A stretch of DNA of 51,091 bases. It comes from Candidatus Moranbacteria bacterium RIFCSPHIGHO2_01_FULL_55_24. GTDB lineage: Bacteria; Patescibacteriota; Minisyncoccia; Moranbacterales; UBA1568. The stretch covers positions 1 to 51,091 of the forward strand of contig MFRW01000010.1 of the NCBI GenBank assembly GCA_001786575.1. The letters run 5' to 3'. A program made the position numbers and the translations under genes. Below, in pieces: positions 14,138 to 24,086 of the stretch (its first letter is position 1; each line of letters starts with the position of its first letter). The notes beneath the pieces are model-generated. The model saw only the letters and a list, made by a program, of their open reading frames with translations, searched no databases and was not told the DNA's origin.

Positions 14138-15474
14138 GTGCCCGGAGAAGCCGGGATTTCAGGGGCCGTACCAGTGGCCCTTTCTTTCTCTTCAGAGCGC
14201 TCTCCGAGGTAGGGGTCGGCGAGGACAAGGGTGTTGGTGCGGCAGATTTCGGCATAGATCCGGGCACTTTCCCGGAGGGTCCGGGCTTGGGTGGCGTAGT
14301 CCACAGCGACCAGGCCGAAGCGGGGCCAGAAGCCCTTGTCCCATTCGAAATTGTCGAGAAGCGACCAGTGGAAGTAGCCGCGCACATCTACGCCTTCCGA
14401 GATGGCCTTATGGATCCAGCAGAGGTGGTTTCTGATGAACTCGGCGCGCCGGCTGTCTACATCGTCAGCCAGGCCGTTTTCGGTGATGTAGATCGGGAGG
14501 TTGTAGCGCTTGAGCCAGCGGAGGATATGGTAGATGCCTTCGGGGTAGATCTCCCAGCCGAGATCGCTTTCCGGATGGTCGAGATTGTGGGTGCGCCGGA
14601 TGAAGCGCAAGCGGGTATGGAAATAGTACTGCACGGTGAGGAAGTCGTTGTGGTCGCGCGTGAGGCGCAGCATGTACTTGTTGGTGAAGAAATGCGCGAG
14701 AGTGACGGTCACGCGGTCGGACCAGGAGTCTTTCTTGTAGGGGACGAATGACTGGAGGATATTGGCGAAGCCGACCTGGGCGTCCGGATCGTTTTCGTGG
14801 ATGGCGTGGAAAGCGCGGTTATGCGCTTCGGCCAGCACATGATAGACGCGGTAGGCGGACAGCAGACTTTTCTTCTGCGGCGGCCAGTTGCCGTTCAAGT
14901 AGGCGGCGCCGATGATAGAGGTCGGTTCGTTCAGCGTCACCCAGAACTTCACGAGGTCGCCTAAGCGCCCGGCGACGAAACGGGTATAGCGCTCGAAGCG
15001 TTCGGCGAATTTCTTGTTTTCCACTCCGCCCATCTCGGCGATCCACACGGGATTCGTCCAGTGCCAGAGAGTGATGAAGGGTTCGATTCCGCGTTCGCGC
15101 AGAGCTTCGAGGACTTCGCGGTAGTGCTGGATCGCGGCTTCGTCGAAGCGGCCTTCTTCCGGCTCGATGCGCGACCATTCCAGGGAAAAGCGGTGCGCGG
15201 TGTGGCCGAGCTCGCGGGCGATGTCGAAATCTTCGCGGAAGCGGTTGTAGTGGTCGCAGGCGGCACCGGAGATATAGTTGGCGGGATCTTCGGCGACCGG
15301 CCGGCGCTGTTCCCAGTGGGGGAGATGCCCGAATTTGAGATGCGCTTCGCGGGCGAGTCTCTCGGCATGTTTCTTCTCCCATTCGGACCAGTCGTTGTGC
15401 GTGTGGCCCTCCACCTGGTGCGAGGACGTGGCAGAGCCCCAGAGGAAGCCTTGCGGGAAGCGGAATGTAGGCAT
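14134..15474 (-). CDS. GH1 family beta-glucosidase
   Basis: 446 aa from the ATG at 15474. FLWGSATSSHQVEG N-terminus, acid/base motif TLNEP, nucleophile motif YITENG. Confidence 0.9.
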   Translation of the reverse strand: MPTFRFPQGFLWGSATSSHQVEGHTHNDWSEWEKKHAERLAREAHLKFGHLPHWEQRRPVAEDPANYISGAACDHYNRFREDFDIARELGHTAHRFSLEWSRIEPEEGRFDEAAIQHYREVLEALRERGIEPFITLWHWTNPVWIAEMGGVENKKFAERFERYTRFVAGRLGDLVKFWVTLNEPTSIIGAAYLNGNWPPQKKSLLSAYRVYHVLAEAHNRAFHAIHENDPDAQVGFANILQSFVPYKKDSWSDRVTVTLAHFFTNKYMLRLTRDHNDFLTVQYYFHTRLRFIRRTHNLDHPESDLGWEIYPEGIYHILRWLKRYNLPIYITENGLADDVDSRRAEFIRNHLCWIHKAISEGVDVRGYFHWSLLDNFEWDKGFWPRFGLVAVDYATQARTLRESARIYAEICRTNTLVLADPYLGERSEEKERATGTAPEIPASPGT

Positions 15475-15554
15475 AGCGAGGATTGCCAGAAAGCTTATAT
15501 TCTGATAGTATAGCAAAATTCTTCTGCAAGACAGGTGTATACTAGAAAAAACTG

Positions 15555-17264
15555 ATGGCAGGACAAAAACCGGACACATTCTCTTTCCCTGATCCTAAGA
15601 CAATCGATCCGAAAAAGCGCCGCGTACAGCGTGCGCTCGAGATGATTCCAGGGACGCTCACGTGGAGCACGCTTCTCGGCATGCTCGCCTTTTCTTTTTT
15701 CGCCCCCCTCTGGATGGCGATGTTCATCATCGTTTTCGACATCTATTGGATCTACCGGGCTATCTATGTGTCGTTTTTCTCGACAGTAGCGCATATCCAG
15801 GTAAACGAAGGGAAGCGCATCAATTGGTGGGAGCGGGCGCAGAATACCGCTCATCCTGATCTGTATGTCGCAGAACTTGCGGAACGCATCCGGCATCTCT
15901 ACGAGAGCCTCTACGAAATGCCGCTCTTCCGCATCAAGGAGCGCGGCATCATCCGGAAGGAGATCCGCCGCACGCAGAAAATCCTCCGGGAGACCAAGAA
16001 GCTTCTCCCGCTCCAAGGAGAGATCATGGACTGGCGCGAGGTGATCCACGTCGTGCTCCTTCCGACCGCCGGCGAGCCGGTGGAAGTGATCGAGCCCGCG
16101 ATCGAGTCGCTCGTTGCGGCGAATTTCCCCAAAGAGCAGATGATCGTGCTTCTAGCGACCGAAGAGCGGGAAGATCCGGAAACCCGCATCCCGAAAGTAG
16201 AAGCGCTTCAGGCCAAGTTCGGCGACAAGTTCCGGGATTTCCTTGTGACGACGCACATCGTCGCGGATGGCGAGATGAAGTGCAAGGCGTCCAATGCCGG
16301 CTTTGCCGCGCGCGAGCTCGTGAAGTACCTGGACGAGCGTGGGATCGACTACAAGCGCGTCATCTTCTCGAACTTCGACTGCGACAGCGTGGTGCACCCG
16401 GAATACTTCGCTGCGCTGACTTATGAATACGTGATCGATCCGAAGCGCCTGCAGCGCGCTTACCAGCCGCTCCCTATGTACCACAACAACATCTGGGATA
16501 CCAACGCCTTCGTGCGTCTGATCGTCACCGGCTCGTCGTTCTGGCACCTCTACCAGTCGACCCGCCACGAGATGGTGACGTTCTCCTCGCACTCCGAGCC
16601 GTTCGACACGCTCGTGAAGGTCGGCTTCTGGCCGGTCAACATGATCAGCGAGGACTCCATCATCTACTGGAAGTGCCTCTCGTACTTCCACGGCGATTAC
16701 CGGGTGCAGCCCGTTCATCTGCCGATTTCTCTGGATGCCGTGCTCGCCGAAACCTATTGGAAGACGATCAAGAACCAGTACAAGCAGAAACGCCGCTGGG
16801 CCTACGGCATCGAGAACTTCCCGGTGACCATGCGCGCCATCTGGCCGGACAAGCTCATCCAGCTCCGGACCAAGCTCCGCATCAGTTTCGAGATGGTGGA
16901 GGGCCACTATTCATGGGCGACGACCTCGTTCATCCTCACGTTCCTCGGATGGTTGCCGCTTATCCTGGGTGGCGCGGCCTTCCGCGAGAGCGTCATCGCG
17001 CACAACTTGCCGTTCGTGACGCGCACGCTCATGACCATGGGTATGGCCGGCCTTCTCGTTTCGATCCCGCTTTCCCTCATGTCGCTCCCTCCGCGGCCGA
17101 AGCGCTACCATTGGTCCCGCTACTTCCTCATGTTCTTCCAGTGGATTCTCCTGCCGCTCGTCGCCTTCCTTTCGGCCATTCCCGCGATCGATTCGCAGAC
17201 CCGGCTCCTGATCAAGAAATATTTCGGCGAGTTCTGGGTGACGGAGAAGGTGAGGAGAAAGTAG
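15555..17264 (+). CDS. GT2 family membrane glycosyltransferase (processive synthase-like)
   Basis: N- and C-terminal TM bundles around a GT-A domain. Motifs VVLLPTAGEP, DCDSV, SEDS and the Q(K)RRW motif (QKRRWAYG). Confidence 0.8.
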   Translation: MAGQKPDTFSFPDPKTIDPKKRRVQRALEMIPGTLTWSTLLGMLAFSFFAPLWMAMFIIVFDIYWIYRAIYVSFFSTVAHIQVNEGKRINWWERAQNTAHPDLYVAELAERIRHLYESLYEMPLFRIKERGIIRKEIRRTQKILRETKKLLPLQGEIMDWREVIHVVLLPTAGEPVEVIEPAIESLVAANFPKEQMIVLLATEEREDPETRIPKVEALQAKFGDKFRDFLVTTHIVADGEMKCKASNAGFAARELVKYLDERGIDYKRVIFSNFDCDSVVHPEYFAALTYEYVIDPKRLQRAYQPLPMYHNNIWDTNAFVRLIVTGSSFWHLYQSTRHEMVTFSSHSEPFDTLVKVGFWPVNMISEDSIIYWKCLSYFHGDYRVQPVHLPISLDAVLAETYWKTIKNQYKQKRRWAYGIENFPVTMRAIWPDKLIQLRTKLRISFEMVEGHYSWATTSFILTFLGWLPLILGGAAFRESVIAHNLPFVTRTLMTMGMAGLLVSIPLSLMSLPPRPKRYHWSRYFLMFFQWILLPLVAFLSAIPAIDSQTRLLIKKYFGEFWVTEKVRRK

Positions 17265-17266
17265 GT

Positions 17267-17806
17267 ATGGCCGCACGGATTTTGTCGGAGCGTTTTTATG
17301 AAAGAGATACCCTGACAGCAGCCAAGGAATTACTCGGCTGTTTTTTGGTACGGAAAATCGGCCGCAAGACGTGGCGGGCGCGGATCACGGAAGTCGAAGC
17401 GTATGTGGGAGAGGACGACCTGGCGTGCCATGCGAGCAAGGGTCGGACGAAACGGACGGAGACCATGTACGGCGAGCCGGGACACGCGTATGTCTACCTG
17501 ATCTACGGCATGTACCACTGTCTCAATATCGTGACCGAGAAGGGCGGCTTCCCGGCAGCGGTGCTCGTTCGCGCGGTCGAGGTAGAGGATGTTCCGAAGA
17601 AGGAAACGGACGGACCGGGGAAGCTCTGTCGCTTCTTGGAAATCGACCGGACGTTCGATGCGTGGGATGTGACCCGGGGCGAGAAACTCTGGGTCGAGCG
17701 GGGCAGGCTCGGCAAGGGAGAGGAGATCGAGGCGACGAAACGGATCGGTGTCGAGTATGCCGGGCATTGCAAAGAATATCTGTGGCGTTTCGAGATCGCA
17801 AAGTGA
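17267..17806 (+). CDS. DNA-3-methyladenine glycosylase (Mpg/AAG family)
   Basis: ITEVEAYVGEDDLACHASKGRTKRTETMYGEPGHAYVYLIYGMYHCLNIV is typical of the family. Confidence 0.88.
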   Translation: MAARILSERFYERDTLTAAKELLGCFLVRKIGRKTWRARITEVEAYVGEDDLACHASKGRTKRTETMYGEPGHAYVYLIYGMYHCLNIVTEKGGFPAAVLVRAVEVEDVPKKETDGPGKLCRFLEIDRTFDAWDVTRGEKLWVERGRLGKGEEIEATKRIGVEYAGHCKEYLWRFEIAK

Positions 17807-17854
17807 TTTGGGGAAAGAAACATCTTTCGTTACAATTGGAAGAGAAAAACCAAT

Positions 17855-19039
17855 ATGCAAAAACTCTACCGATATCAGGGTCTGTGGTTCGCTATACGTG
17901 CGGCCATGGTCTTGGGCGTCGCCTGGGTGCTCTGGGGACTGTGGACCGGCGCCAGGCTTTCTTGGTTCGGGAATGTCACGATGCTTCAGTTCTTCTGGCT
18001 GATCTTGATGCCGGTGATCGTTCTTGTCATGTACTTCTCGCCCATGCTCTGGCGGAACACCTGTCCGCTCTCGACCGTCAGCCTGTGGCGCTTCACGCTC
18101 TTCGGACGGCGCAAGCTCTCGCGGATCGGCATACGAGCGAACGAGCTTACCGGCCTTCATGGCAAACTCTATGATCTGATCCGGAAGCGCGGCCTGGTCA
18201 TAAGCGCGCTCCTCTTCTGGCTTATCGTCCCGTATCGCCTCGCGCTTTTCAATGCCGACAGCCATTCCACCTTCTGGCTCATCGTGGCCGTCTTCGCGGC
18301 TGCATTCGTTTTCGGAGCGCTTTTCCCGGTGAAGAGCGGCTGGTGCACGAGCATCTGTCCGATCGCCGCTGCCGAGAAGGCCTACGGCATGAACCCGGCC
18401 TTCCAGATAGAGAATACGCGCTGCCACTTCTTCAATCGGGAAGTAGGAAAGGTGATGAGCTGCAGCGGCTGCACGTTCAACTGCTGGGACGTGGTGGAGC
18501 CCGAGCATGCCTACTGGCAGCAATCGACCGAAAAGATTTTCCATGACACCGTAAACGCCGCGATGCGCAAGCTCTTCGTGGCGACCCTTCCCGGATTCAT
18601 GATCGTGTTCTTCTTCCTGGCGAACAAGATCTGGACGCTTCCGACGGGTCTCCCTGGCGGGAAGGTCTCCGCTCTCTACCTGGCCTTCGCTCTCGGTATG
18701 GGTGTCTCGGCTGGGATCTATGCGGTCATCAAGCGGAGTGCGAAAAAGCGCCTGCGCCGGGCAGAGCCGGATGAGAAAAGTTTCCTGGTCCGCTATACCG
18801 TGGCCAAGCGCCGCTTGGATCTCTTCTTCGTGACGTTCACGCTCAATACGATCGTCTTTTTCGTGACCTCCGCTTGGACCTTCCTCCTCCTTCCGCGCTT
18901 CTTTGCGATCGATCCCGTATCCCAAGGGGTGCTCTGGAGCATGCTCTTCTTCGCATTCTTCTTCGCTTCGCTCATCGGACTCCGCTCCGGCTGGAACGAA
19001 AAACCGGGCCCCGGCAATTACCGGCCCAACTGGTGGTAG
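17855..19039 (+). CDS. polytopic membrane protein with Cys-rich motifs (possible 4Fe-4S binding)
   Basis: Multiple TM segments. Motifs NTCPLS, CTSICPIAAAEK and CSGCTFNC. Family not recognised with certainty. Confidence 0.6.
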   Translation: MQKLYRYQGLWFAIRAAMVLGVAWVLWGLWTGARLSWFGNVTMLQFFWLILMPVIVLVMYFSPMLWRNTCPLSTVSLWRFTLFGRRKLSRIGIRANELTGLHGKLYDLIRKRGLVISALLFWLIVPYRLALFNADSHSTFWLIVAVFAAAFVFGALFPVKSGWCTSICPIAAAEKAYGMNPAFQIENTRCHFFNREVGKVMSCSGCTFNCWDVVEPEHAYWQQSTEKIFHDTVNAAMRKLFVATLPGFMIVFFFLANKIWTLPTGLPGGKVSALYLAFALGMGVSAGIYAVIKRSAKKRLRRAEPDEKSFLVRYTVAKRRLDLFFVTFTLNTIVFFVTSAWTFLLLPRFFAIDPVSQGVLWSMLFFAFFFASLIGLRSGWNEKPGPGNYRPNWW

Positions 19040-19049
19040 CAGGGACTGC

Positions 19050-21134
19050 TTATTCGAAATGGACGCGTTCCTCGAAACGCTTCAAGGCTTCGCGGAGCGC
19101 AGGGTGCTTTTCGAGGTGCGGATCGTTCGCGAGGATTCCCTTGGCTTCGTCTCTCGCGATGGTGACGAGTTTCATATTGGTCAGGTTTTCCATGGCGATG
19201 TCTGGGAGGCCGGACTGACGCGTGCCGAAGAAGGCACCGGGCCCGCGGAGCGCGAGGTCGGCCTCGGCGATGGCGAAGCCGCTCGCTTCTTTTTCAAGCA
19301 CTTCTAGACGCTCGAGATTTTTGGCGTTCTCGCCCGGGACGAGGAAACAGTATGATTGGTGTTCGCCCCGGCCCACGCGCCCGCGGAACTGGTGGAGCTG
19401 GGCCAGGCCGAAGCGCTCGGCTTCTTCGATGAGGATGATACTCGCGTTCGGCACGTCGACGCCTACCTCGACGACCGCGGTCGCGACGAGGATATCATAG
19501 TCTTTCTCGCGGAAGGCATGCATGATGTCTTCCTTTTCCTTGGCTTTGAGCTTGCCGTGGATGAGGCCGACGGAGAGATGAGGGAAGATCTTGTGCGTCA
19601 GCTTCTCATGCTCTTTGACGGCCGCTTTCACTTCTTTGAGCGCGAGGGATTCCTCGACGAGCGGGAAGATGATGAAGGCTTGACGGCCCTTCTTGATTTC
19701 CTGATTGATGAACTGGTAGACCTTTTCCCGGGCTGTCTGGTTTTTCACCAGTTTGGTAATGATAGGTTTCCGATTCTTGGGGAGTTCGTCGAGAAGCGAG
19801 ATCTCGAGGTTGCCGAAGAAGGCGAGGGAGAGGGTGCGGGGGATGGGGGTCGCGGTCATGGTGAGGAAGTGGGGGACGCGGTCTGCTTGGCCATCCTGGC
19901 TTCCGAAGCTCATGTCTTGGAGCTTGGCGCGCTGGGCGACGCCGAAGCGGTGCTGCTCGTCGACGATGACGAGCGCCAGCTTCTGGAAGCGCACGTCCTC
20001 CTGGAGGAGGGCATGGGTACCCACGATGATTTTCGGGATGCCGCTCTCGATCGCTTTCTGCATGGTCTTTCTCGTAACGGTTTTTCCGTCGAGGAGGCGA
20101 TAGCTCCCGGTGAAGAGCGAGACCGTTTCGCCGCCCGGAGCGAAGAGGCTCGAGAGGCTCTCGAAGTGCTGGCGGGCGAGGACTTCGGTCGGCGCGAGGA
20201 GCGCCACCTGGCAGCCCTGTCCCGCTGCGGCCAGAGCGGCGACGGCAGCTACTACGGTCTTGCCGGAACCGACGTCGCCGTTTAGGAGACGGTTCATCGG
20301 GTGCGGCCCGGCGAGGTCGTCTAAGATTTCTCCCACGGCTTTCTTCTGTGCGCCGGTGAGGGAGAAAGGGAGAGTCTCGATGAAATTCTCGAGGATCTGC
20401 GGCGGGAGCTCCAGGCTTTCGGCAAGACTCGTCTCGAAGAGCGCCTTCAGCTGGAGCGCCTTCAGCTGGACGAGAAACATCTCGTCGAAGGCGGAACGCT
20501 TCTCCGCGAGGAGAATCTCTTTTTCGTTCTTGGGGAAGTGAAGGTAGCGCAGGCTCTGGTGGTAGGAGGGGAGATGGAGCCGCTCGAGGATTTCCTGCGG
20601 CACCGGGTCGGGGATCGCTTTGATCTTCTGGAACAGGGCGGTGATCTGCCAGCGGAAGAAACGCGAGGTGAGTCCGCGGGTCTCCGGATAGACGGGAACG
20701 AGGCGGCCCGTGTGGGTGGCGTCGCGCTCGGCGCGTTCGAGTTCGGGGTTGGTCATGAGGAGGCCGCCTTTGTCGGCAGTCACCTTGCCGGAGAGGCGGA
20801 CGGCTGATCCGACCTTGAGCGCTGTGGCGATGAAGCGCTGGTTGAACCAGACGACCCGGAGCGTCCCGGAATCATCCGCCACGCTTATCTCGGTTACGAG
20901 CATCCGCTTGCGGAAGCTTTTCCCCGAGTGGAGCTTGGTGACGGTGCCGAGGACGGTGCATTTCTCGCCGGCTGCAAGTGACGCGATGGGGCGGATCGTC
21001 GCGTAGTCTTCATAACGGTGCGGCAGATGCGAAAAGAGGTCTCCGACGGTCAAGAGCCCCATGTTCTGGAGCTTGGCGAGCACGGGTTTCTTGATGCTCG
21101 GAATGGAAGAAAGAAGGGTATCGAGTGAGGACAT
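19050..21134 (-). CDS. recG: ATP-dependent DNA helicase RecG
   Basis: Wedge/OB N-terminus and helicase motifs GDVGSGKT, DEQHRFG, TATPIPRT, QLHQFRGRVGRG. Confidence 0.93.
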   Translation of the reverse strand: MSSLDTLLSSIPSIKKPVLAKLQNMGLLTVGDLFSHLPHRYEDYATIRPIASLAAGEKCTVLGTVTKLHSGKSFRKRMLVTEISVADDSGTLRVVWFNQRFIATALKVGSAVRLSGKVTADKGGLLMTNPELERAERDATHTGRLVPVYPETRGLTSRFFRWQITALFQKIKAIPDPVPQEILERLHLPSYHQSLRYLHFPKNEKEILLAEKRSAFDEMFLVQLKALQLKALFETSLAESLELPPQILENFIETLPFSLTGAQKKAVGEILDDLAGPHPMNRLLNGDVGSGKTVVAAVAALAAAGQGCQVALLAPTEVLARQHFESLSSLFAPGGETVSLFTGSYRLLDGKTVTRKTMQKAIESGIPKIIVGTHALLQEDVRFQKLALVIVDEQHRFGVAQRAKLQDMSFGSQDGQADRVPHFLTMTATPIPRTLSLAFFGNLEISLLDELPKNRKPIITKLVKNQTAREKVYQFINQEIKKGRQAFIIFPLVEESLALKEVKAAVKEHEKLTHKIFPHLSVGLIHGKLKAKEKEDIMHAFREKDYDILVATAVVEVGVDVPNASIILIEEAERFGLAQLHQFRGRVGRGEHQSYCFLVPGENAKNLERLEVLEKEASGFAIAEADLALRGPGAFFGTRQSGLPDIAMENLTNMKLVTIARDEAKGILANDPHLEKHPALREALKRFEERVHFE

Positions 21135-21235
21135 AGGCTTTGTTCCAGTATAGCCTATCAGGGAGACCGGAAAAGGCGAAAGAAAAAAGCCCTCCTTCCA
21201 AGTTTGGAAAAAGGGCTTTTGAGGGTCGGTACCGG

Positions 21236-21598
21236 TCAGGCCGCCGGAGAAGGCGTGCCGGCATCAGGCTCGAAACTTTTCGGCCGGAACTCGTCATTGA
21301 TGTAGCGAATGTTCTGCCGGATAGGCAGCTCGATCGGCGTAATCGAATCCGTGAGGTGGGCGATGATCTTCTCCGCGAGCTTCACGAATTCGACCATATT
21401 CGTTTCCGGTGGCACGATATGGACCCGGTGTCCTTCGATCGCATAGGTAACGTGTTTCCCACTGGTCTTCTCGAATTTGGTCAGACGTTCCAGAATCTCT
21501 TCCACGACTTTCGGCTCGGAACAGTCGTCGTAAAAGGTGAGGGCGATGAAAGGCTTGTCTTCATCGGTGAAAGAAAGTGCAGAATCAGCGATTTTCAC
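21236..21598 (-). CDS. hypothetical protein (120 aa)
   Basis: ORF bounded by the terminator-like hairpin at about 21186-21225. No family recognised. Confidence 0.5.
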   Translation of the reverse strand: MKIADSALSFTDEDKPFIALTFYDDCSEPKVVEEILERLTKFEKTSGKHVTYAIEGHRVHIVPPETNMVEFVKLAEKIIAHLTDSITPIELPIRQNIRYINDEFRPKSFEPDAGTPSPAA

Positions 21599-21732
21599 GG
21601 CTTTTCTCCTCTTCGATTTTCAAGATACTTCAAAAGACATTATACACCATTTTATGGGAAAAGTCAAGTGTTCCTGCAGACGATGCTTTCCGCTACAATG
21701 AGAGAGAAATCCGCTTGAGAAAGAAAAAATAT

Positions 21733-22584
21733 ATGGAATATACGGACCAGCTGCTCGTCTCGTACAGCAACGGAAGTTTCTTGCCCTCGCAAGATATCGC
21801 GGTCTCGCCTTGGGACTTGGGGTATCTGCGCGGTTACGGTGTTTTCGATGTCATGCCGATCGTGAATGGGAAGCCGTTCCACTGGGAATGGCACTTCGAA
21901 CGCCTGGAAAAGTCGGCGCAAGAGCTGTGCCTCAAGATCCCGGTCAGCCGGGATGAGTACCGAAGAATCCTGGAAGAACTGGTCCAGCGCAATGAAGGCT
22001 ATGACATCATCGTAAGGACGGTCCTTTCCGGCGGGCCTGCCGAAGACGCGTTCACTCCGGTTCCCGGGAAGGAAACATTCCTGGTTCTCGCGGAAGCAGC
22101 GCACCCGCTTCCTCCCGCTGTCTATGAGACAGGAACGAAGATCGTCACTCTCGAGCATGTGCGCACGTTCCCGCGAGTCAAGATGACCCATTATGTATCG
22201 GCTATCTGCTCGCTTCCCAAGCGGCACGCGGCCGGAGCGACGGAAACGCTCTACGTCATGGACGGACAGATTTCCGAATGCGCGCAGTCGAACATCTTCT
22301 GCATCCAGGACGGGAAGCTCATTACGACGACAGAGAGTTCTCTCTTAGGCGTGACGCAACGGATCATCTGCGAGAAGATCGCCGCCTCTTGCGGTATCGA
22401 GGTAGAAGTGCGACCGATCATGCTGGCAGAACTCTTGGCGGCGCCCGAAGTCTTCCTCACAGGAAGCAACAAGGGAATCGTACCGATCGTGAAGATCGAT
22501 GAGCGCGTGATCGGAGCAGGAGTTCCCGGGCCGCTCACCAAACGCCTCATAGAAAAATACCGTGAGTATACGTCCCAGTATTGA
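21733..22584 (+). CDS. class IV aminotransferase (branched-chain/D-amino acid aminotransferase or ADC lyase-like)
   Basis: 283 aa from the ATG at 21733. Fold-type IV blocks GYGVFDVM, HFERL, and SNIF..DG.L.T near the C-terminus. Confidence 0.75.
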   Translation: MEYTDQLLVSYSNGSFLPSQDIAVSPWDLGYLRGYGVFDVMPIVNGKPFHWEWHFERLEKSAQELCLKIPVSRDEYRRILEELVQRNEGYDIIVRTVLSGGPAEDAFTPVPGKETFLVLAEAAHPLPPAVYETGTKIVTLEHVRTFPRVKMTHYVSAICSLPKRHAAGATETLYVMDGQISECAQSNIFCIQDGKLITTTESSLLGVTQRIICEKIAASCGIEVEVRPIMLAELLAAPEVFLTGSNKGIVPIVKIDERVIGAGVPGPLTKRLIEKYREYTSQY

Positions 22585-22643
22585 GGCGTGTCGAATATAA
22601 AAAATGAAAAGGCCCGATAAAAATCGAACCTTTCATTCTTTTG

Positions 22644-22716
22644 TGTCCCCGGCAGGAATCGGACCTGCGGCCTTCTGGACCGGAACCAGACGCTCTATCC
22701 ACTGAGCTACGGAGAC
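22644..22716 (-). tRNA. tRNA-Arg (anticodon CCG)
   Basis: Acceptor GTCTCCG/CGGGGAC, anticodon arm TCTGG-TTCCGGT-CCAGA, T arm GCAGG-TCCGATT-CCTGC. Confidence 0.88.
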
Positions 22717-22858
22717 ATATTTTGCTTGTATTCTAAGTCCGAACGGCTTTCCTATGGTAGCGAAAGTCTTCGAAAACAGCAATAATTGACTTTTTCTGCC
22801 GGGGTGGCATGATGGAGGCGAGTTCTTTGGCATCCTTTGTTCTGAAAGGAGGAGACCC

Positions 22859-23326
22859 ATGTCTACGCTTTTTTGGGGAACTCATCACACCCGTCAAACA
22901 CTGTTAGAGAAAGGGCTGCTGGAGCTTATCGAGCCGGATATGGATTTCGATATCTGTGCGATAATTCTCGGCCGAGTGAATGACCTGGAAGTCAAGCGGA
23001 CCTACACTCTTTATCGGTTAGCTATCCGAGACGCTCTGTCGATGCAAGAGCTCTACGCGAGCGTCAAGCATGAGAGCCCTGCGGCGGCCAGAAAAGCCTA
23101 CCAAGAGTTTCTCGAGCTCACTTGGCAGACTAATGTCGTCTTTCATTATCTCCAGTTCGAGCTCCATCGTTCCTTTGACCTTCTCGACAAGTTCGACCGC
23201 ACGCACTGTATTTCTCTCCATGGCGGTTGGATCGCCTCGCAAGACGAAGTCGTTCCCATTGATGTGTCTTCGGATGGAGGTGAAGACGAGAGCAGCGTTT
23301 CCGAGAGATGGATATGGCCGCAATAG
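22859..23326 (+). CDS. hypothetical protein (orphan, 155 aa)
   Basis: SD GGAGGAG upstream, terminator ACCCTCG..CGAGGGT plus a T run at about 23357-23390. No family recognised. Confidence 0.65.
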   Translation: MSTLFWGTHHTRQTLLEKGLLELIEPDMDFDICAIILGRVNDLEVKRTYTLYRLAIRDALSMQELYASVKHESPAAARKAYQEFLELTWQTNVVFHYLQFELHRSFDLLDKFDRTHCISLHGGWIASQDEVVPIDVSSDGGEDESSVSERWIWPQ

Positions 23327-23381
23327 TGCCTTCCGGAAGAAAATCCTTACCCTCGTTCCAGCAAAGGAGCGAGGGTTTTTA

Positions 23382-23409
23382 TTGACAAAAGGGGAATTTC
23401 CCGTATAAT
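23382..23409 (+). promoter_or_regulatory. sigma70 promoter TTGACA-N16-TATAAT
   Basis: Perfect hexamers upstream of the orphan ORF at 23453. Confidence 0.7.
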
Positions 23410-23452
23410 AGTAGTTCCCGATAGTTCATTCACATCTGAAGAAGGAGGACTC

Positions 23453-23947
23453 TTGATGATCGAGGAAGATACCAGGGCAGAAGAGGAAGAGACCCGGGAA
23501 GGGAAATTGCAGCTGATCGGCCAGGCTGTTATGAAGCCGTTCGCCGAAATCGCTCTGCGGGTCTATCCGCCGGAACTCATTCTGCCGGAGGATCCCATTC
23601 TGGACAACGATCGGATAATCGGCTCGATTGCTGACAACGATTTTCTCAAGCGATTCTATTCGCTCGTCGAGCTCAAACAAATGGAACTCGACGAAGAGCA
23701 TTTTATCAGCCAGCAGCGGAAACGCGGGCCTGATAATAAGATCCTCATGTTTGAGGAAGAAGTTGAAGTTCTGAATCATATGCTCGATTTTCTCCTCCAC
23801 GAGGAATTCGGTTATTTCGAGAAGCGTGGGCCGAACGAGCACTTGCGGGTCTGCGAGGGCTGGCAAGTGGCGTGCACCACCTGGGAAAAGCAAGTCGAGG
23901 ATCTTATTCCGGGACGCGCTTTCTTCCAACCCAGAAAAGTCCATTAA
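23453..23947 (+). CDS. hypothetical acidic protein (orphan, 164 aa)
   Basis: SD AAGGAGG upstream and a strong promoter. The terminator AAAGCCCCTG..CAGGGGCTTT lies at about 23973-24008. No family recognised. Confidence 0.65.
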   Translation: MMIEEDTRAEEEETREGKLQLIGQAVMKPFAEIALRVYPPELILPEDPILDNDRIIGSIADNDFLKRFYSLVELKQMELDEEHFISQQRKRGPDNKILMFEEEVEVLNHMLDFLLHEEFGYFEKRGPNEHLRVCEGWQVACTTWEKQVEDLIPGRAFFQPRKVH

Positions 23948-24013
23948 GGATCAAGGATCCTTTCCTTTCAAAAGCCCCTGTCGCGGAACATCGCGCCAGG
24001 GGCTTTACATTTG

Positions 24014-24086
24014 TGTCCTTGGCAGGAATCGAACCTGCGACCTTTTGGACCGCAACCAAACGCTCTATCCACTGAGCTACAAGGAC
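24014..24086 (-). tRNA. tRNA-Arg (anticodon GCG)
   Basis: Acceptor GTCCTTG/CAAGGAC, anticodon arm TTTGG-TTGCGGT-CCAAA, T arm GCAGG-TTCGATT-CCTGC. Close paralog of the CCG isoacceptor. Confidence 0.88.

Noticed and set aside
17330-18925. 531-aa minus-strand ORF
   Set aside because: It is antisense to the Mpg glycosylase and the membrane protein gene, with low-complexity Arg/Glu/Pro-rich translation. It is a shadow ORF.
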